A stretch of DNA of 64,000 nucleotides from Eledone cirrhosa (Eukaryota). The DNA is taken from NCBI GenBank assembly GCA_964016885.1, contig OZ024743.1:353152001-353216000 (forward strand). Direction: 5' to 3'. Below the pieces are notes generated by a model. It was given only the letters and a program-made list of their open reading frames with translations, did no database searches and had not been told where the DNA came from. Both the position numbers and the translations under genes were made by a program. This document shows, one piece after another, positions 51,530 to 62,417 of the stretch; the stretch's first letter is position 1; each line of letters starts with the position of its first letter.

Positions 51530-51910
51530 ATGTTCTTCTGGTTTTATAATTTCACAAATGTTTGCCAATAGAGATAGAGTCGGTTTCTAACATAGATACA
51601 AGACTCTCTCATTGGAATTTAAACATCAACTAGGTATATATGTATGCATGTCTGCATGCATGTGTGTGCAGGTATGGATGTTATTGTATGTGTGGATGTG
51701 CATGTTTTGAGTTGTATGTGTGCATGTGTATATGCTTTGTATCTGTACAAGTGTATGTGCAGTTATTAGACGCAACATTTTTGGAATGTTTTACATACTT
51801 TTTACTTTTCCATTAATGGATTGTACTTGTAATTTCCTAACTAGTTGTGTTCTTTCTGTTCCTGTGAAGCCCAGCTTCTCAAGATTTGTATTGAGGCAGT
51901 TACTAACATG
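51530..51910 (-). mobile_element. 3' end of restriction-like-endonuclease LINE (R4/Dong-like), short copy
   Basis: Homologous to 52655-53025; abuts (ATGT)n. Confidence 0.75.
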
Positions 51911-51995
51911 TATGTATGTATGTATGTATGTATGTATGTATGTATGTATGTATGTATGTATGTATGTATGTATGTATGTATGTATGTATGTATGT

Positions 51996-52654
51996 TATGT
52001 CAGGTCACCAGTTGGTGCTACTGGTAACATGTATCCCAGTACAACCTGTCTCATGGTCGGGTCGTTGGCGACTAAACTGGCAATCCCACCAAGGTTTCTT
52101 GGGGAGGAGGGTGACTTTGGACATCCTGCCGGACTAAAAACAAAACCTGTCAAAGGGCAAAGGAGCTCTTAAGAGTCAATGGCCATCCAAAATCACTGGG
52201 AGAGATGACCCCTTAGCCTTTGTCAAGGCAGAATTCTAGGAGAAGGAAAACTCTGATATAACACCTGCAACTCTGATGGTATCCAATGATGTTGACTTGT
52301 TCATCTTTTTGGTAAATATCATCTTGGTTAAGAGAGTGGGACTGGCTTTGTGCAGTGCCTTTGCTCACTATAAAAGCTTCACGGCACAGGCATTGCTTTA
52401 TATCTGGAGATCTCTCTGCACTTGTCGTCACATGGTACCATGGGCCTAGCACTGTGTCAATAATTGTCACAGGTGTAGTGTTTGTACCAGAGTTTTTCAA
52501 GTCGCTGGCTGGACTAAAGTCACATTCGTTCAGCGCATTGGTAGGAGTTCTCCTACATGGATATAAAGTAGTGGCCGTATTCGAAAACGAGTTGGCAGCC
52601 ACCATGTATGTATGTATGTATGTATGTATGTATGTATGTATGTATGTATGTATG
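51996..52654 (+). mobile_element. Non-autonomous RTE-related element with (ATGT)n tail; second copy at 53467-54100
   Basis: Two about 570 bp similar copies; contains ctaggagaaggaaaactctga typical of RTE 5' UTRs; ends cagccacc(atgt)n. Confidence 0.55.
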
Positions 52655-53391
52655 TTCTTCTGGTTTTATAATTTCACAAAGTTTTACTAATAGAGAGAGA
52701 GTCGGTTTCCAACATAGACACAAGACTCTCTCATTGGAATTTACACAACATCAACTAGGTAGATTATGTATGTAAGCATGCATGTGTAGATATGGATGTT
52801 ATTGTATGTGTGGATGTCTATGTTTTGAGTTGTATGTGTGCATGTGTATATGCTTTTCATCTGTATATGTGTATATGCAGTTATTAGATGCAAAATTTTT
52901 GGAATGTTTTACATATTTTATTGTTCCATTAATGGATTGTACTTGTAATTTCCTAACTAGTTGTGTTCTTTCTGTTCCTGTGAAGCCTAGCTTTTCAAGA
53001 TTTGTATTTAGGCAGTTACTAACATATCCCAGTGCCCCAATAATCACAGGCATAAATCTGAAGGTGTAATCAGGATGGAGTATCTGCAGATTTCTCATCA
53101 GTTCTGCATAAATATTCTCCTTTTCACTAATCTTTGATATTATATTGGCATCTGTTGGGCAGCTAATTTCCACTACTGTGCATGCTTTCTTCTCCCTGTC
53201 CCATATCATAATATCTGGTCTGTTATGCCTGCATTTTATTGGGGTTTTTACTGGAACATTCCACCAGTACTCTTTCATATTATGTACATGGATGTCTTCC
53301 ACATTGCTGTAGCTTTTAATGTGTTTATTATCGGGGCTATCTTTTTTACGAACTGCATTGTACAGTGTTTTGGCCACTACATCATGCCTCA
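52655..53391 (-). mobile_element. 3' end of RLE-type non-LTR retrotransposon (R4/Dong-like)
   Basis: RHDVVAK..YWWNVPV..HNRPDIMIWD..VVEISCP..EKENIY..PVIIGALG (RHD, PD..E restriction-like endonuclease); flanked by (ATGT)n. Confidence 0.85.
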
Positions 53392-54604
53392 TGTATGTAT
53401 GTATGTATGTATGTATGTATGTATGTATGTATGTATGTATGTATGTATGTATGTATGTATGTATGTGTACAACCTGTCTCATGGTCGGGACGTTGGCGAC
53501 TAAACTGGCAACCCCACCAAGGTTTCTTGGTGAGGAGGGTGACTTTGGACATCCTGCAGGACTAAAAACAAAACCTGTCAAAGGGCAAAGGAGCTCTTAA
53601 GAGTCAATGGCCATCCAAAATCACCGGGAGAGATGACCCTTAGCCTTTGTCAAGGCAGAATTCTAGGCGAAGGAAAACTCTGATATAACACCTGCAACCC
53701 TGATGGTATCCAATGATGTTGACTTGTTCTTCTTTTTGGTAAATATCATCTTGGTTAAGAGAGTGGGACTGGCTTTGTGCAGTGCCTTTGCTCACTATAA
53801 AAGCTTCACGGCACAGGCATTGCTTTATATCTGGAGATCTCTCTGCACTTGTCGTCACATGGTACCATGGGCCCAGCACTATGTGTCAATAATTGTCACA
53901 AGTGTAGTGTTTGTACCAGAGTTTTCAATACGCTGGCTGGACTAAAAAGTCACACTCGTTCAGCGCATCGGTAGGCGTTCTCCTACATGGATATAAAGTA
54001 GTGGCTGTACTCGAAAACGAGTTGGCAGCCACCATGTATGTGTGTGTATGTATGTATGCATGCATGCATGCATGTATGTATGTATGTATGCATGTATGTA
54101 TCTCTTCTTTGTTATACAACCCAACACGCCTGGCACTGAAGGGAGTAGTTGTACTGCTGCCTCTCTTTAAGACAGCGATAGGTAGGAAGACCTGTTGGTA
54201 GGAAGACCTGTTGACAAGATCCCGTATTCCTAGTTTGCCAATAATAAATTTTCAATAATTGTGGTTGGCAAATTTGTTTCGGGCGTCGAAACCAAAATAT
54301 TCTGGTCCAGGTGAAGAAGAATGTGTTAGTATCTCAACTCTTTCTTTGTTAAACTGCTGGAATTCTTATAGCTTTTTCATCGATATCCGCCTGATCGTTT
54401 CCACATGCGTACTGCAGTCCTATGAACGAATCGATATGATATGCTCTAAGGCTAATTTCCACCCGTGATCTTTGCTGTTGTACAGCTAAATCAATAACTC
54501 ATGTCAACAAATCGATTTAAATTCTGTACCTTACTTACTGTGGTTACCCCCGATTTAACCCGGGACTCTCTCTCACACACACACATATATATATGTGTGT
54601 GCGC

Positions 54605-54668
<64 letters not shown>

Positions 54669-55604
54669 GTGTGTGCGCGTGCGTGCGTGTGTGCGTGTGG
54701 GTGGGTGGGTGGGGGTGGGTGGGGGTGGGGGGGTGCGCGCGTGTGTGTGTGTGTGTGTGTGAAAAATCACAGATGCTCAGACGTTAATATTCAATATATC
54801 ATTTATTAATAATTCTGACACGTGTTTAGCTGCAATTGTATACGCCTATATATTGTCTGTCTATTTAACTTTATTTAATTACTGTTCAGTTCTGTCTTCA
54901 TCTAATTGTTAAGTTAATGGCTAAATTAGGTATCTGTTTAAATGGGTTTAGTTGGGTTGTAATTTGGTTTCTGTTTCGTTCAGTTTTATTTAATCGTTAA
55001 GCGAGTGATTTATTTCGGTGAGATTGCTTTATTTAAGCTTAGTTGTAAGTTTTTTTCGATTGTAGGTAATATAGTGAGTTTAATATGGGTTGATGTAAGT
55101 TCTGTTTATGTGGAAGTAGTCACGGTGTTATTTTGAGTAATTGATATGATTATATATCGAGTCACCTTTCGATTTGATTTCGGTTCGGTTCTATTTTATT
55201 TAAATGTTAAGTTGATTTCGGTTTTCTTTTGTGTTGGTATTTTGTAGATTTAGTCTGTTAATTGGTGTTTGATTTGATTCTGTGTAGGGTACACTACTGA
55301 ATGCCTAACGGAATGGTAGTCGCTGCAGATAAACAGAAACGACGTCATCAAACAGCTGTCACCGATGTACAGGTACTTAAGGTGGGTTTATTTATTGTTT
55401 TATGCGTGGTTGGGAAGTGCTTCTTATGGGCATGGTTATTATTTTTTTTTTTAGTATGTTTCGTATGAAGTGTATATAGTAGTTTAGGTCGGTAATTTGA
55501 TGGTATTTGTTTGGTTCGTTTTTTTGTTTTATTTCACACGTTTATGATATGACATATAATAGTTTTGGTGATATATATGATTCAGTGAATTACTGGTGGT
55601 GGTA

Positions 55605-55701
<97 letters not shown>

Positions 55702-55929
55702 CTCAGTCAGCCGACACAAACCTACATTTGGCGCAAAATCAATTTTTTACATTCACATGACCTCTACCGACCAATCAAAATTGTTTTGACCACAAGAATT
55801 TTTGCAACACGAATTGGCGCAAAACTTATTTTAATACCACTGGAGCCACTTTTTTAACATAAAAACAGGTAGAATTCCCAAAACTAATCAGATCAGAGCA
55901 AACATCACGGACGCTCTATCTCAAAATTA

Positions 55930-55966
55930 TTTTTGAAAAGCATTAGAAATGCGCAACCGGTAAAAA
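55930..55966 (+). ncRNA. Atypical hammerhead-like motif (also 60972-61008, 28688-28724, 28572-28608 minus)
   Basis: TTT-TTGAAAA-GCAT(tagaa)ATGC-GCAA-CCGG-TA-AAA. Confidence 0.5.
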
Positions 55967-56137
55967 CCAAAACTCAATACTAACCAATCTATTACTAATT
56001 CTCACTTATTCCTAATTAAACTATTTTTCACTCTGAACAATTTGTCAGCATTTTCTATTCCGTTTACCAACATATCATAACTCGTGTGTTACACCTCTAT
56101 TCTTTTAAATATCATATCCTCACACGAGATACAGAAA

Positions 56138-57414
56138 ATGCCAACAAAAACGGATACAACCCTCATCAACACAAATGAAGAGATTCTACAGGAACTCAAG
56201 AAAATTAACACCAACCTATCTGTGCTGGTCGACAAACTTGACTCCACAAATAAGGAAACCGTCACCGGATACAAACCCCCCGAAATCGGCGATAAACTCC
56301 AAAACCTTTGCGATACGATCCAAACTATGTTCACTACTACCAACCCAGGAAAAACCAACGAAGAACCATGTGAGATTGATTCATACAAAATGAAAATTCG
56401 AACAATTCCAAAATGGAACAAATCCCTCAGAGACAGAAAGTTCTCATTCTGGAAGATGATACAAAATCACAACAAAGCGGAGATATATGAAAAATGGCTT
56501 AACTCAACGCCTCTAACTCTCCCCCGTAAAATACAAATAAAGTCCATTCCAAATGAACCCGAACCTCAAAGACACCTTAGGGAAAGAATGGTATTGGAAA
56601 AAATGAAGACAGAAATTGAACTTCTTAAACTGAGGGCCCAGACAAATGAGGAAACAATCAAAACCATCGATGAAGAGATCCTCCTGGAAATCAACAATAA
56701 AACTGAAGGCCCCAAGATATAGAAGATCTCCAAATTATGGAAAGGGGACTGCAACAGAGAAGAACTGAAATCCCTTCAACGCTGGGAAAAAAATGCCGCT
56801 TGGTTCCTACACTATGAATCGATTTTCAAACGGATTACACCTCCAATAACCCGTTCATAAAAATAGGAAAACCCATAACTGAACCGCACAACAACTTCGC
56901 AAACCCCCAAGCCACTAACAAACGAAGAAGGAAGCACCACACCGAAGATGAACTTCCCAACCTCGCTACCATAAGAAGGAACAAAAACCCTAGAAATCAT
57001 CTCCCCCAGAATGACATTTATAACTTTCCCCCTTCAAGGCGACACCATACCAAATCACTCAACTGCTACGCGGATGCCTCATCGTCAAACATAGGGAAAA
57101 GATACCACCACCATGATAGATGTAACAACTTCCCCGCTTCAAGGGGACAGCAAGGTAATTTCCATTTTCTCAACTCTCGCTTCCACAATACACAACAAAC
57201 CCACACCACACGATACAACCAACAACGTAGGCCACCTATAACACCACAATCCAACATGGCACATAGAAACACACACCCATACTCGCAGTACAGGAACACC
57301 CCATTCAATCTACAACCACCAACCCGAACCACATTTTACAACAACAAGGAATATAACAAACACAGGAGACCACTTAACATCAGCAGACAACCCCTCTACC
57401 CAACCATTTTTTAG
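56138..57414 (+). pseudogene. Upstream ORF1-like region of the PLE (helical/coiled-coil N-half, N/H/R/P-rich C-half)
   Basis: MPTKTDTT..EILQELKKINTNLSVLVDKL..LEKMKTEIELLKLRAQTNEETIKTIDEEI; one stop (56720) and one frameshift (about 56820), then open 56821-57414. Confidence 0.6.
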
Positions 57415-57583
57415 ACACAGCACACAGATACAGGCAAACAAGATAACACAAGACAGGGAGGAGAAACCGATAGTAATAAAAATTATCAATCTTACTAGTG
57501 CAGAACCAACACCCAACCTTATCAACTTACTCTCTAAAAGTCTTAAATTCACACTGACCCCACTACGTCCTAACTACTATGAA

Positions 57584-58939
57584 ATGAAGGAAGACATCAC
57601 AGACTTCTGTAGAAAGTTACGACTCAGTGAACAACTATTCGACCAGTACAATGAGGATGAATCATTAGCCAGAAATAGAAGCAATTACACCCCATCAAAA
57701 GGTAGAAATAAAATCCTGGACGAATTCTGTGAACATATCACAAACTTCCCTTACCAACACTTGCACAGACAAAAACACAAGCCAAACCTCAACAAGAAAG
57801 AATGGGAAGAATTAAATAGATTAAAAACCGACAGAACCATTACAATTAAAGAGGCTGATAAAGGGAATACAGTAGTCCTAATGGAGACAGAATTCTATAT
57901 CAACTTAGCGCTCTCCACTTTGGAAAACGAAACATACTACGAAAAGGCTGAACACTACAATCAACAGAAAATTATGAGAAACCTAAAAACTCTGATCAAC
58001 CAATACAAAGAAGGACTCACTAACAAGGAATTCAGCTTCATCACAGACTTCACAAGTAAATCCAGCCTTTTCTACGATATCCCTAAAGTACATAAAAGCG
58101 AATTAATAAGTAAGGCATGCAAGGAAGCCACAGACATAGTCATCAATGTCCCCTCACCCAATGATCTCAAATTAAGACCTATAATAGCAGGCCCCGCTTG
58201 CGAAACCCACCGCCTTAGCAACTTCATTGATACCCTTCTCAAGCCTTTTCTCAAACACATCAAAAGCTATATAAGGGACGACCTAGATATGCTTAATCAC
58301 TTCCCTAATATGCCACTTTCTGAACAAACCCTACTAGTGACGTTTGATGTAGTCAACCTATACTCCAATATCCCCCACAACCTAGGAATAGAAGCTATCC
58401 AATTCTGGCTGGATAATTACCACAATGAACTCCTACAACGCATCAAAAAAGAATTCGTGATAGAAGGACTCAAATTTATCTTGGAGAACAATTACTTCGT
58501 TTTCAATAACAAACCCTACAGGCAGAAATCTGGGACCGCTATGGGAACGAAAACAGCCCCCACTTATGCCAACCTAGTCATGGGATACCTGGAAATCACC
58601 CTCTACACTAAAGTCCTAAACAAATTTGGAAACACTCTCCACTTACACATAGAAAGGAACTGGAAGCGATATCTAGATGACTGCTTCATCCTTTGGCACG
58701 AAAACATCGAGAAACTTAAAGAATTTCACACCCTTATAAATGGGCTCAACACAAATATTAACTACACGATGGAATACAGCCATCAACAACTCCCCTTCCT
58801 CGACATCCTCATTAAGATCCATAACAAAAAAATAGAAACAGACATATACTACAAGCCCACAGACCCCAAGCAATATCTTCCTTTCAACTCTTGCCACCCT
58901 AGACACGTTAAAATTAATATTCCCTACAACTTAGCCTAG
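57584..58939 (+). CDS. PLE reverse transcriptase (frame open from 57242; continues after stops into thumb and GIY-YIG to about 59730)
   Basis: RT motifs as listed for the element; conserved IINL..LLSK.LKF..TP lies upstream of the first ATG. Confidence 0.85.
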   Translation: MKEDITDFCRKLRLSEQLFDQYNEDESLARNRSNYTPSKGRNKILDEFCEHITNFPYQHLHRQKHKPNLNKKEWEELNRLKTDRTITIKEADKGNTVVLMETEFYINLALSTLENETYYEKAEHYNQQKIMRNLKTLINQYKEGLTNKEFSFITDFTSKSSLFYDIPKVHKSELISKACKEATDIVINVPSPNDLKLRPIIAGPACETHRLSNFIDTLLKPFLKHIKSYIRDDLDMLNHFPNMPLSEQTLLVTFDVVNLYSNIPHNLGIEAIQFWLDNYHNELLQRIKKEFVIEGLKFILENNYFVFNNKPYRQKSGTAMGTKTAPTYANLVMGYLEITLYTKVLNKFGNTLHLHIERNWKRYLDDCFILWHENIEKLKEFHTLINGLNTNINYTMEYSHQQLPFLDILIKIHNKKIETDIYYKPTDPKQYLPFNSCHPRHVKINIPYNLA

Positions 58940-59942
58940 AGAATCTGTACTATAGTCTCCAATAAAAACACCTGCTACTTACGGCTACAAGAACTAAAGG
59001 ACACTCATAGGCAGGGACTACCCTGAATCACTAATTGACAATGGAATCCAAGGTGCCCTAAAACTCAGTACCCAGGACCTTAGACACCCTAAAGTAAATC
59101 AACCGAAACTAAAAGCTCTTCCATACATCTCCACACACAACCCCCTCAACAATGAGGCCTTTGACACCATCCTCCAGAACATCCCTGTGTTGAAAAAGGA
59201 CCATAGAATGAACCAAATCCTACGAACACACGATATCATAAAGAGCAAAAGACAATCTAAGTCAATGAAAAACATCCTAACACATGCCAAAGTACTGCCA
59301 ACCACAACAACGAAACCCACAGTAAAAAAAATGCGATAGACCCAACTGTGGCATTTGCATCAACCTAATAGAGGGTTCGGAATTCTATTTCAAAGAAGGA
59401 CAACGTTTTATAGTAAAACACAATTTCACATGCGCATCAGAAAATCTAATATATGTATTAACTTGCTCAGGTTGTCGAGAACAATACATAGGCCAGACCA
59501 AAAACAGCCTCCGCCAACGCATGACTGTCCATAGATCCCAAATTAAAATACGGGAATAGAGGAAAATACCACTGAGTGAACACATTGATACCTGTGCCGC
59601 CCAAAATCATCCCAACTTCAGAATCTTTCCCCTCTACAAATTTAAAGATAGTGCCACCCACACCCAGCGCATCAGCAAGCAATCTTACTTTATTAACAAA
59701 TACGGACCCCGTCTAAACACTTCTCCCTAAGACGAACCCACAACATACACACGTCAACATACATACCTACATCAGCATACATCTCTACCCACATATAAAC
59801 ACAATGACATACGTAAACACACATGTTCTATGGTGCAACACAAATATACACAAATTTGCATACCTTTTGATGTCTATAGATATAAACGTGCCGACTCACA
59901 CACATACATAAACGCACACATGCATTGCACACTGATGGGCAC

Positions 59943-60200
59943 ATACATATTTGTGCACAGGTATTCCAATACGGCAAGGCCTAATGAATTCCCCTTGCAG
60001 TACGTACAATCTGGACACACTCCAGATACATATTTGTGCACAGGTATACAATTTCTGGACACACTCCAGATACATGTGTACAATTTGTGCACAGGTATAC
60101 AATTTCTGGGCACACTCCAGATACATATTTGTGCACAGGTATTCCAATACGGCAAGGCCTAATGGATTCCCCTTGCAGTACGTACAATCTGGACACACTC
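59943..60200 (+). repeat. Tandem repeat in PLE 3' UTR
   Basis: Units start atacatatttgtgcacaggta and end ctggacacactccag; long-short-short-long arrangement. Confidence 0.8.
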
Positions 60201-60340
60201 ACACACACCTTGGTATTATGCCAATACTATATATCATTTCACACCTTTTATTATTAAGGTTTTTGATGTTCTATTGAGAGAATCGATTTTACTGAAAATA
60301 TCGAATAATGTACACCATTTTACCAGTAATAAATACTGGT

Positions 60341-60396
<56 letters not shown>

Positions 60397-60417
60397 ACGC
60401 GTACATTAACATACAAA

Positions 60418-60470
<53 letters not shown>

Positions 60471-60580
60471 CTCCGTATAAGACAAGAGCTGAAAAAATAT
60501 ATTTTAACATGTTAAAATATCCCCCACACACTTACAGACACATTCCTACTGACCATCCCTCTACCACGAATTACTCTGCT

Positions 60581-60611
<31 letters not shown>

Positions 60612-61109
60612 TCTTAATAGGCATTTGAACTATCAACAGGCTGCGGTTCGCACACACATCCCTGCTGCCCATTATCACAACAACGAACCTCTTTACTACT
60701 ACTACACACACACACACACATATTTGTTGTGAAAGACTTATTTCTCACTCAGCCGACACAAACCTACATTTGGCGCAAAATCAATTTTTTACATTCACAT
60801 GACCTCTACAGACCAATCAAAATTGTTTTGACCACAAGAATTTTTGCAACACGAATTGGCGCAAAACTTATTTTAATACCGCTGGAGCCACTTTTTTAAC
60901 ATAAAAACAGGTAGAATTCCCAAAACTAATCAGATCAGAGCAAACATCACGGACGCTCTATCTCAAAATTATTTTTGAAAAGCATTAGAAATGCGCAACC
61001 GGTAAAAACCAAAACTCAATACTAACCAATACTATTACTAATTCTCACTTATTCCTAATTAAACTATTTTTCACTCTGAACAATTTGTCAGCATTTTCTA
61101 TTCCGTTTA

Positions 61110-61164
<55 letters not shown>

Positions 61165-61166
<2 letters not shown>

Positions 61167-61540
61167 CAGAGTTTTGTAGCTTTCTTGAAGCCTTGTTAAA
61201 TAGGAAACACAAATTTAAATAATTTTGAAAACCAAAACAATGCGTTAGTAAGAACATTAAATCACCAAGATAACAAAAGAATCTTACCTTAGCAAATTTA
61301 ACGATCCCATTATCTAGGGTTACACCCTATGAGAGACTTGATCGGATTGACTTGTTTGTTTGGAGAACAGATTTAATTTAAATCTCATAGGGTCACTCCC
61401 TTGATAATGGGGTTTTAAACCCGAAATATTTGGGATGGTTAAATTTGCTAATGTAAGATTCTTTTCTTATCTTGGCGATTTAATGTTCTTACTAACGCAT
61501 TGTTTTGGGTTTCAAAATTATTTAAATTTGTGTTTCATAT
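61165..61540. mobile_element. Inverted-arm PLE remnant with HHR at 61397-61435
   Basis: 61203-61309 is the reverse complement of 61431-61536; TCCC-TTGATAA-TG-GGGTT(tta)AACCC-GAAA-TAT-TT-GGGA. Confidence 0.7.
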
Positions 61541-61924
61541 ATATGGAGTATCGCTTTTAGCTTTCTCCGATTATGTATTTATATATTTACTCTTGGAGCA
61601 ACAGATATGAACTTTCCCGATATAAGGTATGACTCTCTTTGTTTATTTTTTATATGAATATTGATTGTTTCTTGTATCTCATTCTCTTATTTTTGCCCGA
61701 GAAAATATCTATATGTGTCATAAAGCGATGCGCACATATAGTTATTTTTTCATATCCAATTGAGTTCTTAGCACATGGCTTGAATTCTTGTCAGAGTTCA
61801 ACGACCTGAGCATGTATTGTTTTTGGCGGTAGCTTCCTTCCTCCCATTTTCGGGATAGTGTGAGATTTTCTTAAGAACTGATGGTGATTATCGCTAAATA
61901 TTGATGTTGATTTGGTTATCAATA

Positions 61925-62092
61925 TTAATTGATTCTACTTTAGGCACAAGGCCAGCAATTACCCAGTACATTACTGGTACTTTATTTTATCGACCCCGTA
62001 AGGATGAAAGGCAAAGTTAACCTCGGCGGGATTTGAACTCAGACTGTAAAGGGACGTAACTATGCTAGAAAACATGGCGTCCAACCCTCTAA
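61925..62092 (-). mobile_element. Nin/Deu-domain tRNA SINE
   Basis: Same consensus. Confidence 0.82.
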
Positions 62093-62417
62093 TGTTATTG
62101 GGTACCCACTGAAGATTTATAAGAGCCCACTTGAATAAGTATCTGTTGATCTTATACAAGCTTCTACATAACTTGGTATAATTTCACCCAACTTGTAGAA
62201 ATCTTAAAATGAAACGAGTCTTCTGGGAAATGATATATTTGATATATCTCATATGAAATAATACAGCCAATTATCCACACAATACAATATAGTTAGCACC
62301 CCAAACGTTTAATTGGGAATATACTCAGGTATTTCCTAATGTTTGTTGAGTGAGTTGGAATTTGGCCGGAGTATCGCATTTAGCTTTCTCCGATTATGTA
62401 TTTATATATATATATAT

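Larger units (their letters stand above)
55697..61113 (+). mobile_element. Full-length PLE (Neptune-like) with direct pseudo-LTRs and upstream ORF
   Basis: 55697-56071 is repeated at 60740-61113; RT IKEADKG, IPKVHK, FDVVNLYSNIP, GTAMGTKTAPTYAN, RYLDD, YYKPTD; GIY-YIG CDRPNCGIC..CASENLIYVLTCSGCREQYIGQT; (TA)n on both sides. Confidence 0.95.

Noticed and set aside
54120-54520. Possible host exon
   Set aside because: Stops in the plausible frames, no recognisable domain, and adjacent to a PLE terminal fragment (54526-54566)
59943-60200. CRISPR-like repeat-spacer array
   Set aside because: The spacers are themselves repeated, the context is eukaryotic, and there are no cas genes
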